A DNA stretch of 62,005 bases, the filler included, from Stramenopiles sp. TOSAG23-3 (lineage: Eukaryota), in the NCBI GenBank assembly GCA_900128585.1. It is 12 parts of 12 records of this genome, joined end to end, with 100 filler letters (N's around TTAATTAATTAA, not from the genome) between each part and the next. Parts side by side here need not be neighbours in the genome. Positions count along the whole stretch, not along the records: positions 1 to 5,097 come from LT643611.1; positions 5,198 to 10,294 come from LT643612.1; positions 10,395 to 15,489 come from LT643613.1; 9 more parts are not named here. One strand, given 5' to 3'. Made by a program: the position numbers and the translations under genes. This document shows, piece after piece, positions 1 to 12,269 of this stretch. The notes below the pieces were generated by a model. It ran no database searches, was not told the origin of the DNA, and worked only from the letters and a program-made list of their open reading frames with translations. Within the stretch, counting starts at the first letter, position 1; every line of letters begins with the position of its first letter.

Positions 1-71
<71 letters not shown>

Positions 72-77
72 AAAGAA
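1..77 (+). repeat. (GAAA)n microsatellite at contig end
   Basis: Direct reading of tandem AGAA units. Confidence 0.95.
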
Positions 78-968
78 GTTTGAGGTTTGAAATATTCAGT
101 TTCTATATAATAAGCGTGACAGCGTGACAGCCCGTGTACTCAAATGAAACGAATGAAGGAAGAAAGAAAATAAACGAATGACAATACGATGAGAATCACT
201 TAATGCTATTTCTATATTTATATTATAAAAAATTGACGGATGACGTTTGGTTCGTTCATTTTCTTCACTGTGTTAATACTAATAAGGAATATATTTTTAT
301 AAATGTATAAAACTATATACCTTATTTAATATACAATTACAATTCATTTATGTAATTATTTCCTAAATATAAAACCACCTCAAATTCTTCATTATAACTC
401 TCTTTATTCCATAAACTCTAAACCTTTAAACTCGAATCTTTAAACTTGTAATTCATTGTATTTACATATTATTGGAATTATATAAATACCCTATTCTTTT
501 ATTTACATGAAAGTGTATTCTAATAAAATGAAGGTTGATTTATTAGTGTTTTTAATTTAAAGAAGGGTTTATAATTTATTATTTATAATAATAATGTAGT
601 CTTTAATTAAAATAACCTATGATGATCTCAGACTTACCTTCTTATTTGTTGAAAAACCAAAGGAAGAAGAAAAAGAAAAAGAAAGAGGCGCAAGGCGCGT
701 CACCCGTTCGTCACCATAAAACAAAAACAACAAAACAACAAAACAAAACAAACAAAGATGAATAAAAGAGAAGAAGAAGAAATAATCATAAGAGAGAGAG
801 AGATCCATTTATTCATTCATTGGAAAAAGAGATCATTTAAACTATATATATATTTCGAGCAGTGTTGTTCACGTTTTCATCTTCCTTGTCTTGCCTCGTG
901 CATAAATATTTTTCAGTTGCATCGATCGAATTCTACGATTTATATTTAAAACAGAAACCATCCATACC

Positions 969-2441
969 ATGCGTGCCCTTGTGTTTGCTTCGGTCTTTGC
1001 TGCCGTTCTTCTTGCGTGTGGCGCGTCGTTGGCTGCGGCGCATACGGCGGCGGAATGGAGGTCGAGGTCAATCTACCAGCTGCTGACGGACCGGTTTTCG
1101 ACGGGGACAAAATCCGCCCAGCCATGCTCGAACTTGGGGGCATACTGCGGCGGTACGTTTGCGGGGGTGGTCGAAAAGCTGGACTACATTCAAGGGATGG
1201 GGTTTGACGCGATTTGGATCTCCCCGGTCGTCGACAACACGGACGGGGGGTACCACGGGTACTGGGCCCAGAACCTGTTTGCGATCAACTCGCACTTTGG
1301 CACGGCGTCCGACCTGAACACGCTTGTGGAGGAGTGCCACAAGCGCGACATGTGGGTCATGCTCGACGTCGTCGGGAACCACATGGGGTACGGCGCCCCG
1401 TCCGGGAGTTTTGCGCCCCTGGACCAGCCAGAAATGTACCACGACTGCGACAGCTGCCCGCAGTATTGCAACATCGACGACTGGCAAGACCAGGACCAGG
1501 TCCAGCTGTGCCGCCTGGTGGGGCTCCCCGACCTGAACCAGTCGAACCCGTACGTCGCGAACGTGCTGAACACGTGGATCAAGCAGATCGTGGCAAACTA
1601 CAGCTTTGACGGGATACGGATCGACACCGTCCCGGAAGTCAACAAACCGTTCTGGGGGGAGTTCAAAGCCAGCAGCGGGGTTTTTGCGATCGGGGAGATC
1701 GAGAACGGGGACATCGGGTACGTCAGTTCGTACCAGTCGCGCACCCCCGGGACGAACGCCCCGGGCGTCGATGGAACGCTCTCGTACCCGTTGTACTTTA
1801 CCCTCAGGAACGTGTTCCAGAACGGCCAGTCCATGTCGCAGCTCCACGACACGCTGCAGACCTACAAGTCGGCGTTCGCGGACACGAGCATCTTGGGGAC
1901 CTTCGCGGACAACCACGACAACCCCCGGTTCCTCTCGGGCCAGCAGGACCGGAAGATGTACGAAGCCTTGATCACCTTTGTGCTCATGGCCGAAGGCATC
2001 CCGATCGTGTACTACGGGACCGAGCAGTGGCTGTCCGGGACCAACGACCCGAACAACCGGGAAGCCCTCTGGAACACGGGGTACAGCACGGACACGGACA
2101 TGTACACCCTGATCAAGCTGGTGAACACCCACCGGAGCAAGGTGGGGGCCTGGAAAGAGACCCAAGTGCAGCGGTACGTGGACGACGAGTTCTACGCGTT
2201 TACCCGCGGCAATTCCTTGGTCTGTTTGACGAACCAAGGGTCCAACAAGAACACACTGAAGACCATATCGTACCACCCGTACGCCCCTGGGACGAAGATC
2301 TGCAACATTATGTACCCGGACAATACCGACTGCGTCACCGTGAACGGCTCCTTCCAAGTCTACTTGAAGGGGGGGGAAAGCAAGATTTACTACCCTGTCC
2401 AAGGCGCCCTTCGAGGGACCGCCCCCCAGGAGGAAGAGTAA
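969..2441 (+). CDS. Secreted alpha-amylase, GH13 (fungal/Taka-amylase-like)
   Basis: Signal-peptide-like N-terminus; WRSRSIYQLLTDRF, YHGYW, DVVGNH, DGIRIDTV (nucleophile Asp), GE and FADNHDNPRF motifs; C-terminal beta domain. Confidence 0.95.
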   Translation: MRALVFASVFAAVLLACGASLAAAHTAAEWRSRSIYQLLTDRFSTGTKSAQPCSNLGAYCGGTFAGVVEKLDYIQGMGFDAIWISPVVDNTDGGYHGYWAQNLFAINSHFGTASDLNTLVEECHKRDMWVMLDVVGNHMGYGAPSGSFAPLDQPEMYHDCDSCPQYCNIDDWQDQDQVQLCRLVGLPDLNQSNPYVANVLNTWIKQIVANYSFDGIRIDTVPEVNKPFWGEFKASSGVFAIGEIENGDIGYVSSYQSRTPGTNAPGVDGTLSYPLYFTLRNVFQNGQSMSQLHDTLQTYKSAFADTSILGTFADNHDNPRFLSGQQDRKMYEALITFVLMAEGIPIVYYGTEQWLSGTNDPNNREALWNTGYSTDTDMYTLIKLVNTHRSKVGAWKETQVQRYVDDEFYAFTRGNSLVCLTNQGSNKNTLKTISYHPYAPGTKICNIMYPDNTDCVTVNGSFQVYLKGGESKIYYPVQGALRGTAPQEEE

Positions 2442-2569
2442 AGGGGTTTGGCGGGAGGCAACGAGGGTTGGTTCGTTTAAAAAATAGTGTTACACCTTAC
2501 GTATCGTACAGGTTTTTAGTGCGCTGCTGCAAAGCTATTGCATGGACGAGTTTACGTTACGTGTTTTTT

Positions 2570-3283
2570 TTAATTTTTCTTCTTCGAACCCAGCAACTTT
2601 GCCTTGGCCAAGGAAAACTCTGCCTCGCTAAGGATTCCCTCCGTCTTCAACTTGTTCAACGCCAGGATCTCCTCTACCATCGATTTTTGGACTCCCTCCT
2701 CCGGTGTTTTTCGGCCACGAAGTGGTTCCTGCCGTTCGCGAGGCACGCCCCCGGCCGCCGCCGCGCCAGGGGTCCCCTCTTGCGCAACAGGGGCATACCC
2801 GGACGAACGCCCAACGCAAGCCCCGCAGCATTTATTGCAGGTAACGCAGTACACAATGCCCGCTCCCAACCGTTTGCACGCCCTGGTGGCACAGCCGCAG
2901 GACACGCACCTCCCGCATAGCTTTGCCCGGCAGAGGCAGCAACAAAGGTAACTCCATGTGCTTTTGCGAACCGGGAGGATGGAAATTTTCAAAATCCCGA
3001 CGAGAATATCCTCCGTCGTGTTCGGCGCCAGTAACACCCCGAGCACCAGCATTGGTATCCAGACCAACAAGAGCGGTACCCACGTCCCCCGCGCGTGCCA
3101 CATGACGTACGTGGACAAAAGCATCACAAAAAGTATAATGAACGGACCAATCTCCGACTCCATCAACACGTCCGATATCCTACGAAGTTGCCGACGGTGT
3201 CGAACTGGCACTGTTTTTTTCCTCTTTCCCCCCGGCCCACCGTTCTCTAAATTCTCAACTCCAATATGAGGAGGGTCAAACAT
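2570..3283 (-). CDS. Membrane protein with Cys-rich segment and C-terminal SHOCT-like domain
   Basis: Two hydrophobic helices, Cys cluster, and C-terminal EEILALNKLKTEGILSEAEFSLAKAKLL matching the SHOCT pattern. Confidence 0.7.
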   Translation of the reverse strand: MFDPPHIGVENLENGGPGGKRKKTVPVRHRRQLRRISDVLMESEIGPFIILFVMLLSTYVMWHARGTWVPLLLVWIPMLVLGVLLAPNTTEDILVGILKISILPVRKSTWSYLCCCLCRAKLCGRCVSCGCATRACKRLGAGIVYCVTCNKCCGACVGRSSGYAPVAQEGTPGAAAAGGVPRERQEPLRGRKTPEEGVQKSMVEEILALNKLKTEGILSEAEFSLAKAKLLGSKKKN

Positions 3284-3845
3284 ATTGTTTGTATATATAT
3301 ATGTATAGGCTCAGGCACCCGTATCTAATAAACCTCTTTCTCTATTTTAATGCTCACACGCAACAGACCACCAGCAGTAAACTTTGCCTGAACAAGTCAA
3401 TAATGAAATACACGGGACAACTTTGCATTGTTTCATAGAAAACAACCCTTTCTTTATATGCATTGTATATACACCCCACACACACACACACATTCCTTCT
3501 TCTTCTTCTTTTTTTCTGCTGAGAGAAGATTCTTCTTTTTTTTCTGAGGAGGAAGGAGATTCTTCTTCTGTGCTGAGATTTTCGTCGAATGCAATGGTGT
3601 GTTGATGTTGATGTTGTTGATCAATTTTGTTGGGGGTGTTTTGTTGTTGATTGAGGCAGCAGCAGAAGAAATAATAGACACATTTTTTATAGATTCTTTT
3701 GATACGCAGCGTGAATTAAAATTAAAATATACTCCGTTTGGTGTTACTTTTTGGCTGTGCAAAACCTATTTATAAAATACACTCACAATTCACTCAATCG
3801 ATCGAGAAAATGTTTTATTTCACTTACAGGAAATAATTTTATGAC

Positions 3846-5097
3846 TCACCGGTCAGCGACCAACAACGCGCCAAGCTTCTCCATCAGCGTGCGCTCGGCC
3901 TCGACCTCTTCGTCCGCCATCTGGTCCCGCATTCTCACGACAGCGTTGGTGAAGGACTCGAGCGTGTCGTAGTATTTTCCTTCGGCCCCTTTCCCATTAT
4001 CGCCGAGCGCCTCCTGGAGCCTTTCCCTCGTCTGCTTCGGCATCGGCGTGTCCTTCATCGGCTTCTTCCCCCCGTCGTACCAGCCGCATGCCTTGTTGTA
4101 CGTCTTCCGAATTCTATTCAACCGTTCCAGCGCGGCTGGGTTGGGTCGAACCAGCGCAAAACGGTCCGTGCCCTCCCCGTTCGACCTGGCGAGCCCAGCC
4201 TCTAGGCCGTACGAGAGAACGTTTAAAATGCCTTCCAACAGTGGAAGCTTTATCGTTTTGTCCACGTCTGTGTCTAGGTTCAGGGATGGGTTGTTGTTCA
4301 CCTCCAGCAACCAGACCTTGCCCGCCTCGTCTGCCATGACGTCAAACCCCACGGTTTGAAACGACCGGCTGGGTTCCCCGGACTCACGATCCATCGTGCC
4401 AAAGCACGTGTCGTACAAGAGGTTTGTCGTGGGCTGAATGGCCAGCAACGTCTCGGACACGATTGTATGTACCTGTTCCCAGAACGATGCCTCGGTGAGC
4501 CCCACGCTGCCTGCCCCGGTGTCTATCCCTTCCGACACGTTCGCGGACGGGGCGACGTTCTCCGACCCGTTTGCACGGGTGGCCCCAAGCCCGGAGAGCC
4601 ATTCCGACAGCAGGCCTTTGTACACTTCGGCGGGGCTGTCCTCCGCCGTCCCCTCCGACGCGGAAGGGTTGATTTTCGAGTTCGTCAGGTGAATGTGGGG
4701 CGTCCGCGCGTTCTTTGCGGACGGTGTCTCGTACGGGAGACAGCAGCACCGGACCAGGCCTTCCGTGTACACGGCGGCTTCGAGCGTCCCTTGCATGTCC
4801 GTGACCACGACGTAAATGCGCAGGTCAAACTTTCGCCCCGTGCCCCCGAAGAGCATGGGCTGCGGGATGTACTCTTGGATGATCGCCGGGAACGGTCCCT
4901 TCATTTCTTCCCCCCCCTCCTTTGCAACGTACGCTTTCGAGACTGGCTTCAGATCCCCCCCACTAGTGCCATAGTCCATCGTCTCCTCGTTCCTCCACCC
5001 TTCGAGCGCCGACTTCAAAGATTTTGCCAGAAGCATTCCCCGCCCGCACCGCCCAAGGCTCGGCTTCACGATGTACCACTTGTCGCTATTGCCCGCT
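3846..5097 (-). CDS. TTLL: Tubulin-tyrosine-ligase-like (TTLL) protein, 5'-truncated by contig end
   Basis: YIVKP..G..GRG, IQEYI..P, KFDLRIYV, HLTN, GFDVM..WLLEVNNNPS ATP-grasp motifs. Confidence 0.9.
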
Positions 5098-5197
5098 NNN
5101 NNNNNNNNNNNNNNNNNNNNNNNNNNNNNNNNNNNNNNNNNTTAATTAATTAANNNNNNNNNNNNNNNNNNNNNNNNNNNNNNNNNNNNNNNNNNNN
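5098..5197. other. Artificial contig-joining spacer (first of 11)
   Basis: N44-TTAATTAATTAA-N44. Identical spacers at 10295-10394, 15490-15589, 20678-20777, 25865-25964, 31040-31139, 36212-36311, 41379-41478, 46539-46638, 51698-51797 and 56855-56954. Intervening contigs are 5097, 5097, 5095, 5088, 5087, 5075, 5072, 5067, 5060, 5059, 5057 and 5051 nt, i.e. length-sorted. Confidence 0.98.
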
Positions 5198-5380
5198 TAT
5201 GATCTTCTCCGGCGGCGGCGGAGGAGGAAGAACGAAAGCCCACCATGATTAATACTACAGCATGTACCGTTAAGCAACCGTCAAGTCGGGTCGGTGTCTT
5301 TCATTCTCCACTGCCCCTAGTCCCAAACTTGTACCCCTGTCCACACAACCATGCACGTTTCCTTCTTCTTCAAAGAATAG

Positions 5381-7796
5381 ATGACGTCCATATCATTGAA
5401 CGCTTGCAGGACAAAGGAGGATGAGCTGAGGGTGCTTCGTCAACGGCTTGGAAAGCTGCCGTCCCCCGAGACTCGCCCGCCTGGTCTTCCTTCGGGCAAC
5501 GCCGCCGATTTCGTGCCGGGGCACACAGAGTCAGGCGTGGAAAGAAACATGTACAATGTTAGAACGGAAAGCACGGTTCTGTGCACCTACCATTGCGTGT
5601 ACGTGCTGAATAAGACGGGAGCGCTGTCGTTCCTGGAAAAGCGGGATCTGTCCAGAGGCAAGACGTGCCGTGCGTATCGCCAGTACGGCTCCGCAAACTT
5701 TGTGACTATTAAGATTGACACACGGCCAGGCGGACTTTCCAGGCACCAGAGGAGCAAGTTAAAGGTCGACATGATGATCATCGATGGGCTCCAGTACAGT
5801 TATTTAAAAAAAGCGGACACAGTTGAAAATGGCCACCTCCACACTACGTGGATAAACACGTCGAGAGATTTGTCGTCCCGGATTTTTCGGCAGAACCATT
5901 ATTACGGCGTGGCCGTTCCACAGAGAGGAGGGTGGAGAATGTCCTGGGCAAAGTACTCCTCCCGCTTGAATTTGGCATTTTCCCCGTCTGTGCCAAGCCT
6001 TGAGCCTTTGGTCCATGGCAGGGCCGGCGTAATGGTGAGCGTTACCGACGACGAGGCCGGCCCAGGACCGTGCATGACCGACGGGGCAGGTCGCATTGGA
6101 GTTGCACTGATGCGGGACATCATCTTTCCGTCCTATCGTGGCCAAGCCAAAGGCCTGCCCTCCAGGCTGCCGCGGTCGTACTTGCCATCGGCGGTTCAGG
6201 TCCGCTACGGTGCCTTCAAAGGTATGCTCCAGGTGGATCATACTCGCAACCCAAAGGCATTGGTGTTGACCAAGTCCATGCAAAAGTACGAGCTTTTGCC
6301 AGAGAACCACTCGGATTTTCAAAATTATGTGGACATTCTTGGGGTGTCCAAGCCGCAAGGTTCGGGCACGCTGAACGCGCAGGTGTTGCTGCTTCTGGAA
6401 GCCCGGGGGGTCCCTGCCCGTGTAATACTGGACCTATTGGACGAGGAGATAGATCGCATCAAGCAAGAGCACGAAAGCGTGGACAGTCTTCTTCATTCGA
6501 TTCGGACGAAGGATGCGGAAACGTTTTCTCCCAATGTCTTGGGCCGCCTGCTCCTGGCCGGGATGGAGGTGAGCGAGTACCATGTTCAGAAGTTGGTGCA
6601 CCAGCGGCAGCAGCAGATGCTGGACTCGCTCAAGGCCAAGATGCACATTGGCGTACAGCATTCCAGGGTGTTTTACATGCTACCAGACCTTACCGGGTGC
6701 CTCCGGCCGAACGAAGTTTACTGCTACGACAGCCAGTCGGGGAATACGATTCTTGGGGACGTGTGCGTGTGCTGTGGAAGGGGCGCCGGGGCAGTTCGGC
6801 CGGGACGTGATCCTGTTTTCGACACAGGGGAGAGGGGGTGGACGCCTCTCATTGCCACCTGCGGCACGTCTGTCTGGGGGCGATTACGACGGCGACAGGG
6901 CGTTCATTTGCTGGGACCAACGGTTGGTACAGCCTGTGAAAGCGAGCGCCCCCCGATGGGAATCTCCCCCATACTACTTCCCTGGGTATTTCGATTCGAG
7001 CAGTGAAAAAGTCAACATAGACGAGTTTGAAAGGGGGCATTCCGACCGGGGCCGCAGCAGCAGCGGCGATTCCGTGGAGAAAAAGTTAAAGTCGATGGTG
7101 TTTGAGGGGGGCAATAGTCCCCTGGGGTTCTGCTCAAACGAGCACAAGCGCACCTCCCGCTTGTTGGGTGCGCAACACCCTGCAGCCCTTGACCTGGCTC
7201 GGCTGTGCGCGAAAAGCGTAGACGCGGGAAAGCACGGCTTCGACGAAGAAGCAATCTTTCGAGAGGTGAAGCGTGTGCTTCAGTCGCTGCCTGGCAGCTT
7301 CGAAGGTCATCCATCGGTGTTGCAGCGCGTGGAGGAGCGTGTCGAGGACGAGAAGAGGGCGATCGAGAGGCTGGAGTATGACGACTTTGCAAGCCCACGC
7401 TTTTTGAACTTGGCAGAGACGTGGGGGGCCGCCGCTTTTGAGAGGGAAGCAGAAACGACCGTGCGCGAGTACAATATAGCCCTGCGAAATGCCATCATCG
7501 ATGACTCAAACTCGCGCGCCGATGCGGTGAAGAAGGGCTTTCGACAGAAGTTTTTGGCATTTCAACCGAGGGAGGAGCGGAATGCACTGGCTCTTGCGTA
7601 TTACAAGGTCTGCCACGACCGGGTGTTCCTTGAATCGCGGGGAGCGAGTAAACCGTATCAATTTTGTTGGGAGGTTGTTGACGATTATCTCTGTTATATT
7701 TACGAAGAATCGCTCCGGGCGGACGAGCAGGAATCGTGGGACAGTCTGCCGTACGTCGTATGCAAGGGCGTGTACAACAAAGGACTCCATGTGTAA
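5381..7796 (+). pseudogene. RDR: Eukaryotic RNAi-type RNA-dependent RNA polymerase, frameshifted at ~6770 with a missing motif
   Basis: ORF 5381 frame has SRLNLAFS, TDGAGRI, PSAVQVRYGAFKGML, KSMQKY, LNAQV and D.TGCLRPNEVY. The frame from 6771 has DVILFS..G, LSGGDYDGD..F.CWD (catalytic DxDGD) and LARLCAKSVDAGKHG. Could be an intact gene with an assembly error. Confidence 0.88.
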
Positions 7797-7905
7797 AGTG
7801 GGGAAACACGGTGCATTCTAAGATTAGATTGAAAATGATATAAAGTGTGACTTCGTACTCTTACCAATTTTAATTTCTCCACACACGACACAAGATAGAC
7901 CCCCC

Positions 7906-9694
7906 TCACGTATTATCTCGCCACGTCCGCAGTGCATTGTACAAGTATGTCCGCCGAACGAACGTTTCGAGTGCCCCGAGGATGAACATTTTCTTCCGAA
8001 AAGTCGGCACGCTCACGAAGGTTTTTGACTTGACATTGCGAAAGATGCCAAACATGTTCATGGCGATACCGGGGCCAACGCTCCGGGCCAGCTCGAATAT
8101 GTCGACCCCACGCCCCGTCCGGGCGTTCACGTCGACGGGCGCGGAGCCGTTCCACTTCAGGACGAACTTCAACATCTCGTGGTTCTCCGTCGCGATCACC
8201 TCGTGCAGGGCGTTCCAACCGTCCGGCGTCGCTTCGTTCAGCGAGGTGCCAGCGACCAGGGCGAGCCCAGCTTCGAACGTGTCCTTCAAAAATAGCGCCC
8301 GGTGCATGTCGAGCTGATGGTCAGGGATGGCCTTGATCTTCACCTGCTGCGCCGGGGATTGCTTTTGCGCCAGGACGCCACGGAAGAGCCCGGTGACGTC
8401 GGCCAGGAGGCGCTTCGCGTCCGGGCGGGACCGCGGGCTGTGCCCCCAGCAGCTCTCGAGGATCTCCGTGTACTGCTCGTACAGCTGGTCCCGAATCAGG
8501 GGCGACGTCGCGACGACCGGGTCATTCGGCCCCGGGGTGTCGAGACGGCCGCCCATGCACACGTACTGCATCAAATTTTCCAGCGAGCCCTGCATCATGT
8601 CCATGTACGGCTCTTTCCGAAACACCAGCTCCCACATCATCACCCCAAACGCGTAGATGTCGATCTTCTCGTCGTACACCTGCCCCACGAGGATTTCCGG
8701 CGCAACGTACGCCGGGGACCCGAGCCTTGTCACGAGCTTCGACGCCTTCGTCATCCTCACCGCGTACCCAAAATCTGCGAGCACCGCCACCCCGTTCCCC
8801 TTCAAGAGCACGTTCCCGGGCTTCAGGTCGCGGTGCACCACGGGCGGGTCCAAGGAGTGCAGGAACTCCACCGCCCGCGCGATGTCCGTCACCACCCCGC
8901 CGAGCTCCTGGGTGCTGATGCGCGACAACGTCATTCGGACCCGCCACTCCAGGCTGTTCCCCACCGCGAGTTCGCTCACGACCCAGTAGAACGGGTACGA
9001 AAAGGCGACCCCTATGTACTTTAGTATGTTTGGATGGTTCAAGTCACGGATCATGTTGATCTCGGACAGAAAAATGTTCCGTTCCGAGGGGTCCCGGCGT
9101 ATCGTCGGCGCGAAGAACCGCTTGGCGGCAATGGGGGCCCCTGACGCGAGCATCTGCCCCTTGAAAATTTTCCCGGACGACCCGAACGATAAGATGTCCG
9201 ACAGTTGAAAGTCCTCCAGCCCGATCATTAACTTTTCTGGGATAAAAAAACGCGACGACACGGCACGGTGCGGGACGGTGGACAAAGACGAAGACTCGGA
9301 CGCGCTCGAGGAGGACTCGGCCGCAAGGCCGTCGTCGGTGGACTCATACTCCTCCGAAGAGGACGTGGAGTTGTCGCCCCCCCCCGAAGTGCAGCTCGTT
9401 GGCAGGGGCAGGGAGAGGGACAGGGACAGTGCTCGCCGACGCCCCCCCCCCGCCTTCCTCTACGGGGGACAGGGACTGGCGAAACCCCCCAAAACCTGCA
9501 CTGTTCTTGCCGTTGGTCGCACCGCCGCCGCCGCCGCCGCTGCTGCTACTATCTTCTTCTAGGCGAACGTCGTTCGACCCCACGGCCGTTGTTGCCAACG
9601 CTCCGGGGGAATCAATATGTACAGGTTTTGATGATCCACCCGAAAGCTTCGGTTCTACTACGCTCCGTTCCGGCAAGGAATGTTTGCACCCCAT
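7906..9694 (-). CDS. TKL-like protein kinase with C-terminal ankyrin-like repeats; N-terminus offset by a 1-nt homopolymer frameshift
   Basis: HRDLKPGN, DFG, GSPAYVAPE, D.YAFG.MMWE; GWNALH and DVNART..G ankyrin-like motifs. Upstream ORF starts MGCKHS (ATG at 9694) and joins the kinase frame if one C is removed from C10 (9442-9451) or C9 (9377-9385). Confidence 0.88.
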
Positions 9695-10394
9695 CGTCGC
9701 GCGAAACAGCAAAAAAACTAACGACTAACTCTCCACACCAAAACAAACAAACACACAACACAGACGCCCTGTTTCCGCACCTATCTACTATATACGAAGA
9801 AACCAGCAAAGAAAGGAAACACTAATAATATTCCCTGGCGTACTCTTATTTTCTTTCTTTCTTTCTTTCTCTGTTAAGAAAACGTTAGTTCGTTCCTTAT
9901 ATCTACAATTCTTTGGTTTCGCTTGAATCTTCTCGGCATGTGCACATGCATCTTTTGTAGTATTTAAATAAGTTGAGTTATTATTGTTTTTTTTTTTGTC
10001 GTTCTTGTAGTTAGTATGTTGTTCCCAGGTAGTATATTCTATTAGAAAAAATATACAAAAAAGTCGACGTCGATCGATGAATTAATTAAATTTATATATA
10101 TATATATTACCTTAAAATAAAGAGACAAATAAATAATAATTATAATATAATAGATACATTGTATTAGAATAAATAAAATAATAAGGATAATAATAAAATA
10201 AACTTAAATTTTAATTTTTTTAGTTTTTCTTTTTTAGTTTTTTAGATCTCTTTCTTTCTTCTCTTTCTTTCTTCTCTTTCTTTCTTTCTTTCTTNNNNNN
10301 NNNNNNNNNNNNNNNNNNNNNNNNNNNNNNNNNNNNNNTTAATTAATTAANNNNNNNNNNNNNNNNNNNNNNNNNNNNNNNNNNNNNNNNNNNN

Positions 10395-11811
10395 ACAACG
10401 TGCATCGTTGCAAGTATTAGGGTTAAAAGGGCATAAATCAACGATGAAGAAAATGAGGCCTTTCTCCGCACCACGACAACGTAGTATGGAACGTACACAT
10501 TATTCCAACAATAGAACATTAAATGCTATTAAAGGTACAAATACAATACCTAATTTAGCAACATATACAACACCATCGTTACGAACAAATATTGGTCCTA
10601 TCTATCCTTCTCGATATGGAATACATGATGAATTAAATCATAAATTAAACCAATCCATAAAAAAAGAAATGGAATCTATCATCATGGAACAACAACAAAA
10701 ATTACAAGGATCACAACCAATATTTTCCCCAAAACAACGGATAGATGAACGTGAACGACAAATATTAGCAGGAATGAAAAATACAACTTTAAAATATAGA
10801 TCAAACGGTATAGATATTGCAGTTGCTTTAAGTGAGGCTGCTACCTTATGTTTACAGCGACCACCTGGAGCTGTTGGTGATGGCGATGATCATAAAGCAA
10901 GAATAAATCAACAAAATGAACCAAATCAAAAAATATGGCCTAATACAAGACGTGTTGCATTATGTGTTGCAACGATTGAAAAATTATGTCAACATCCACG
11001 TTTAAATAGGAACGAACAAGAACAATTAGAAATTATTGTTGATACAATTAAAAATGGTTTATATTCAAATAGATATTTTGGACCATCACCAAAGGAAGAA
11101 TTAATGGAAGATGGAAACGTTGCTGCTGGAGAAAAGAAAACGAGTAATAACAACAAACCATTTGTAATGGAACCAAGATTTTATTTTGATATGGCAAAAC
11201 AATTAGAAGATACAAATGATCATTTATTAAATACAAATGAAACATTGCAAGAAAAAATTAGAAAAGAACATGCGCAAGTCAATATATATAAAAAAATGTT
11301 AAAAGAAAGTCAAGAAAAAGTTGCAAGTTTACGTGTTGAATTAGAGGAACACGATAAACGGAATACACTTATGAATAAACGTGTAGTTTATATGCAAGAT
11401 GCAGCAAGTGATTCATTGGAAGAATATAATAAATTAAATTCCATGTATGTTGATTTAGATGCAAGGTATACAGTTACACATAATAAAGCAAATAAGTTAG
11501 ATAAAGAATTAACTGGACTTCATAAAATGTACAATGGTGTAAGTGGTGAATTATCACAAGCATTGAAAGTATGTGGTCAATTGGAAACAAAGTTAAAATT
11601 ATTAGAACCATTAGAAGGACGATTACGGACGAGTCAAATTGAAGCAGCGACATTAACAAGTGAATTAGATGATTATAAAATGAAAGTATCAATGTTGGAA
11701 CAACAAATCAGTAGTCAAAACGATCAATTAAAAAGTTTAAAACGTAGATCAAGTATGATTCGACGTGGTAGTAGCATGGGATCCATGGTCAATTTGTTAA
11801 AAAGGAAGTAA
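10395..11811 (+). CDS. Coiled-coil protein, probably 5'-partial
   Basis: 467-aa ORF with heptad-rich C-terminal half and AT-rich codons. Confidence 0.75.
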
Positions 11812-12269
11812 AGAGAGTGGGAGGGGGGGTTAGGGTGAGAGATAGAGAAGCATATTTGAGATTTATATATATATATGTATATACTAAAATACTACGAATG
11901 TAGAGATTTTAGATTTTATAGAGGGGGAGTGAAGAGTCAAAGGATCAAGGAGAGACCAAAGAGAAAGAAGGGAGAAGAACAGAAGAACAGAGGACAGAGG
12001 ACAGAGGGAGAGATCAAGGATCAAAACTATATTTTTAATTTATTTAAAAATATAAAATATATGAGTAAAAAAATGTTTTTAGTACGTAGAACTTCTAGAA
12101 CTAAGATTAAAAATGAACTGAAAAAAAATATACGAGTACGACACGTCGTATTATTAAAAAAAAACACCTTTTTTTCCTTTCTTTTTATATTATGATACTC
12201 GTATTTTCATAATATATAATTATCATAAAAATACTCTCGTCTCTCGTTTCATATATATATATATATATC

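Noticed and set aside
1068-2402. Long antisense and alternate-frame ORFs over the amylase (also over TTLL, kinase, Cdc14 and acyltransferase)
   Set aside because: Expected shadows of GC3-rich coding sequence; no motifs.
5381-7796. RdRP as an RNA-virus or endogenous viral polymerase
   Set aside because: It has the cellular double-psi-barrel DxDGD motif, not viral GDD palm motifs, and it neighbours a host kinase.
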